From Octopus sinensis (taxonomy: Eukaryota): a stretch of DNA of 22,377 nucleotides. The stretch covers positions 1 through 22,377 of the forward strand of contig NW_021836927.1 of assembly GCF_006345805.1 (NCBI RefSeq). The letters are read 5' to 3'. Every line of letters begins with the position of its first letter. Positions within the stretch are counted from its first letter, which is position 1. The notes below the pieces were generated by a model. The model searched no databases. It was not told the origin of the DNA and saw only the letters and a program-made list of their open reading frames with translations. Both the position numbers and the translations under genes were made by a program. Positions 20,395 through 22,377 of the stretch are shown here, one piece after another.

Positions 20395-20830
20395 CCTTTT
20401 TTTTTTTTTGCTTTCATTTTCGTGAAATACAATTCTTAAAATCATCGGTAGTCGGGAACAGCAATATTTCTCTCTTTTTTTAATTCATTAGTACGGCATA
20501 ACTCGGAACTTTAAATTACTTAACTTAAATTCATTTCTTCTCTTTTTTTTTCTAACAGTAGAGAAAATGCACGCAGAGAGATTCGCGTTAGTGTTGTCAT
20601 AATTTTTTGCTTTTGTCCTTTTATTTTTTCATTGTTTTTGTTCTTTTTTGTTTTCATTTTCATCGTTAATTAGGAATAGCACTATTTTGCCCCTCTTTTA
20701 GATTCGTCAGCACGACATAACTTGTAACATGAAATTAAGTTAAATTCATTACTTTTTTCTTTTCCTTCTAACAGTAGAGAAAAGGGATATAGAGGGGTTC
20801 TCCTTAGTATTGTGGTTATTTTTATTTAGC
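20395..20830. repeat. Old diverged tandem duplication (unit about 220 bp)
   Basis: CATCGG...GGAACAGCAATATTT...GCATAACT...TTAAATTCATT...TTCTAACAGTAGAGAAAA...TTAGTGTTGT (20443-20605) recurs with substitutions at 20661-20822. Confidence 0.75.
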
Positions 20831-21095
20831 CCAGGGTAAACCACGATCCAGCAGCTCTATCACTACTTAGTTTTGTTGCGCAAGCTAAATAATAGTGTTT
20901 TAAGATTCAGTCAAATCAGAAATGGCAGTGTCGATGACTAATTTGCAGATTCTCTTTGATAGAAGAAAAACACCAAGAACTCGATATGCTAATACCGGAC
21001 AAAAGCTCATAAATATTTGTTATACGGAGAGGACACTTCAAGAGATTCCCAGGGGTCAGATGATAGCGTTAAATAGGGCACATTTATCTCTACAT

Positions 21096-21323
21096 TTTTA
21101 CTGTTTTATTTGTTTCAGTCATTTGACTGCGGCCATGAGGGAGCACCGCCTTTAGTCGAGCAAATAGACTCCAGGACTTATTTTTTGTAAGCCTAGTACT
21201 TATTCTATCGGTCACTTTTGCCGAACCGCTAAGTTACGAGAACGTAAACACACCAGCATCGGTTGTCAAGCGATCTTGTGGGGACAAACACAGACACACA
21301 AACACACACAAACACACACACAC

Positions 21324-21373
<50 letters not shown>

Positions 21374-21574
21374 AACACACACATATATATATATATATAT
21401 ACACATATATACGACAAGATTCTTTCAGTTTCCGTCTAGCAAATCCACTCACAAGGCTTTGGTCGGCCCGAGGATATAGTAGAAGACACTTGCCCAAGGT
21501 GCCACGCAGTGGGACTGAACCCAGAACCATGTGGTTGATAAGCAAGCTACTTACCACACAGCCACTCCTGCATC
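21096..21574 (-). mobile_element. SINE family B copy
   Basis: Collinear with the other copies; long internal (CA)n(TA)n. Confidence 0.93.
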
Positions 21575-21667
21575 TACTGTCCATGAAAAATGTTTTCTCA
21601 GTTTCTGTCAGGTAAATTCCACACACAGCCACCACAGTTTTTCATGCTGCTGTTGTTTCTGTTGCAA

Positions 21668-21678
21668 ATGATGATGAC

Positions 21679-21730
<52 letters not shown>

Positions 21731-21810
21731 CTTGATGATGATGATGATGATGATGATGATGAGGAGAAGATGAGGATGATGATGATGAAGATAATGATGA
21801 CGAAGATGTT
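21668..21810. repeat. (GAT)n microsatellite
   Basis: Directly visible. Confidence 0.95.
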
Positions 21811-22149
21811 CATGTTACAATTTCTCAACCGCCATTTCGTCTTCCTTTTCTAGAGTATTTTACTACGACTTCATACGACTTCATACATCATACCAGCATC
21901 TGCAACTCCGCTCCTTCCTCTACATCCTCGCCCTGCTCCTATACTCGGCTCCTCAACCCTAGTCTTCCATTCTGCTCCACCCCCACCCCACTCCAACCCC
22001 ATACACATTATTCTCCTCCGTTAAATGATATCGTCTGACTGCCAGCGATTTAATTAATGCCTGAATTTTCTTAGAAGGTTTCGTCTAATTATTTGTTATT
22101 AACTGAGTATCATAAAAAATTGCTGGTGGTAGGGGCATGGGTTTTAATC

Positions 22150-22240
22150 AAAGAGTAGAAAACATTTGTTCATGGTACCACACATTGGGTTCGAACTCGG
22201 AGACATGCGATTGTGCAACGAAATATATTAACCACGTAAC
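22150..22240 (-). mobile_element. Very old family B-like head fragment
   Basis: AGTAGAAAACATTTGTTCATGGTACCACACATTGGGTTCGAACTC resembles AGTAGAAGACACTTGCCCAAGGTGCCACGCAGTGGGACTGAACCC. Confidence 0.55.
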
Positions 22241-22377
22241 TGGACCTATAAATATATCTCTGCTGCCTGAAAAAAAACATGTTCTTTCCCCCATCCTCAA
22301 CTAAAAGACATGAAGAACTATGAAAGAAGGCGATAAGTACCGGTGGTGGGGAAAGAAAAGAGAACTAACACTCGATC

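Noticed and set aside
1-22377. CRISPR arrays, operons or other prokaryotic systems
   Set aside because: No regular repeat-spacer array or gene-dense coding; the sequence is eukaryotic repeat DNA.

Overview
Repeat-dense, AT-rich eukaryotic non-coding DNA (intronic or intergenic) with no supportable host gene. The SINE families and (TA)n/(TACA)n/(GAT)n/(GGT)n content look like an octopus (coleoid cephalopod) genome; this is an inference from recognition, not a database match. Contents: four tRNA-headed SINE families (about 20 copies, often nested), a 5'-truncated R4/Dong-like RLE non-LTR retrotransposon sitting in (TACA)n, a complete 296-bp non-autonomous Helitron, a hAT-type MITE interrupted by a SINE, and three Tc1/mariner fragments (one internally inverted). 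The most interesting signal is at about 3.8-5.8 kb: a (TA)n-punctuated array of short, mutually different units. Three are long fold-back palindromes and most carry type I hammerhead ribozyme motifs, including one near-canonical hammerhead (3844-3896, minus) and a U3-A8 covariant one. They are probably Penelope-like pseudo-LTR or retrozyme-like remnants whose inversion junctions fall on ribozyme helices. Almost all ORFs in the supplied track are microsatellite or SINE artefacts.
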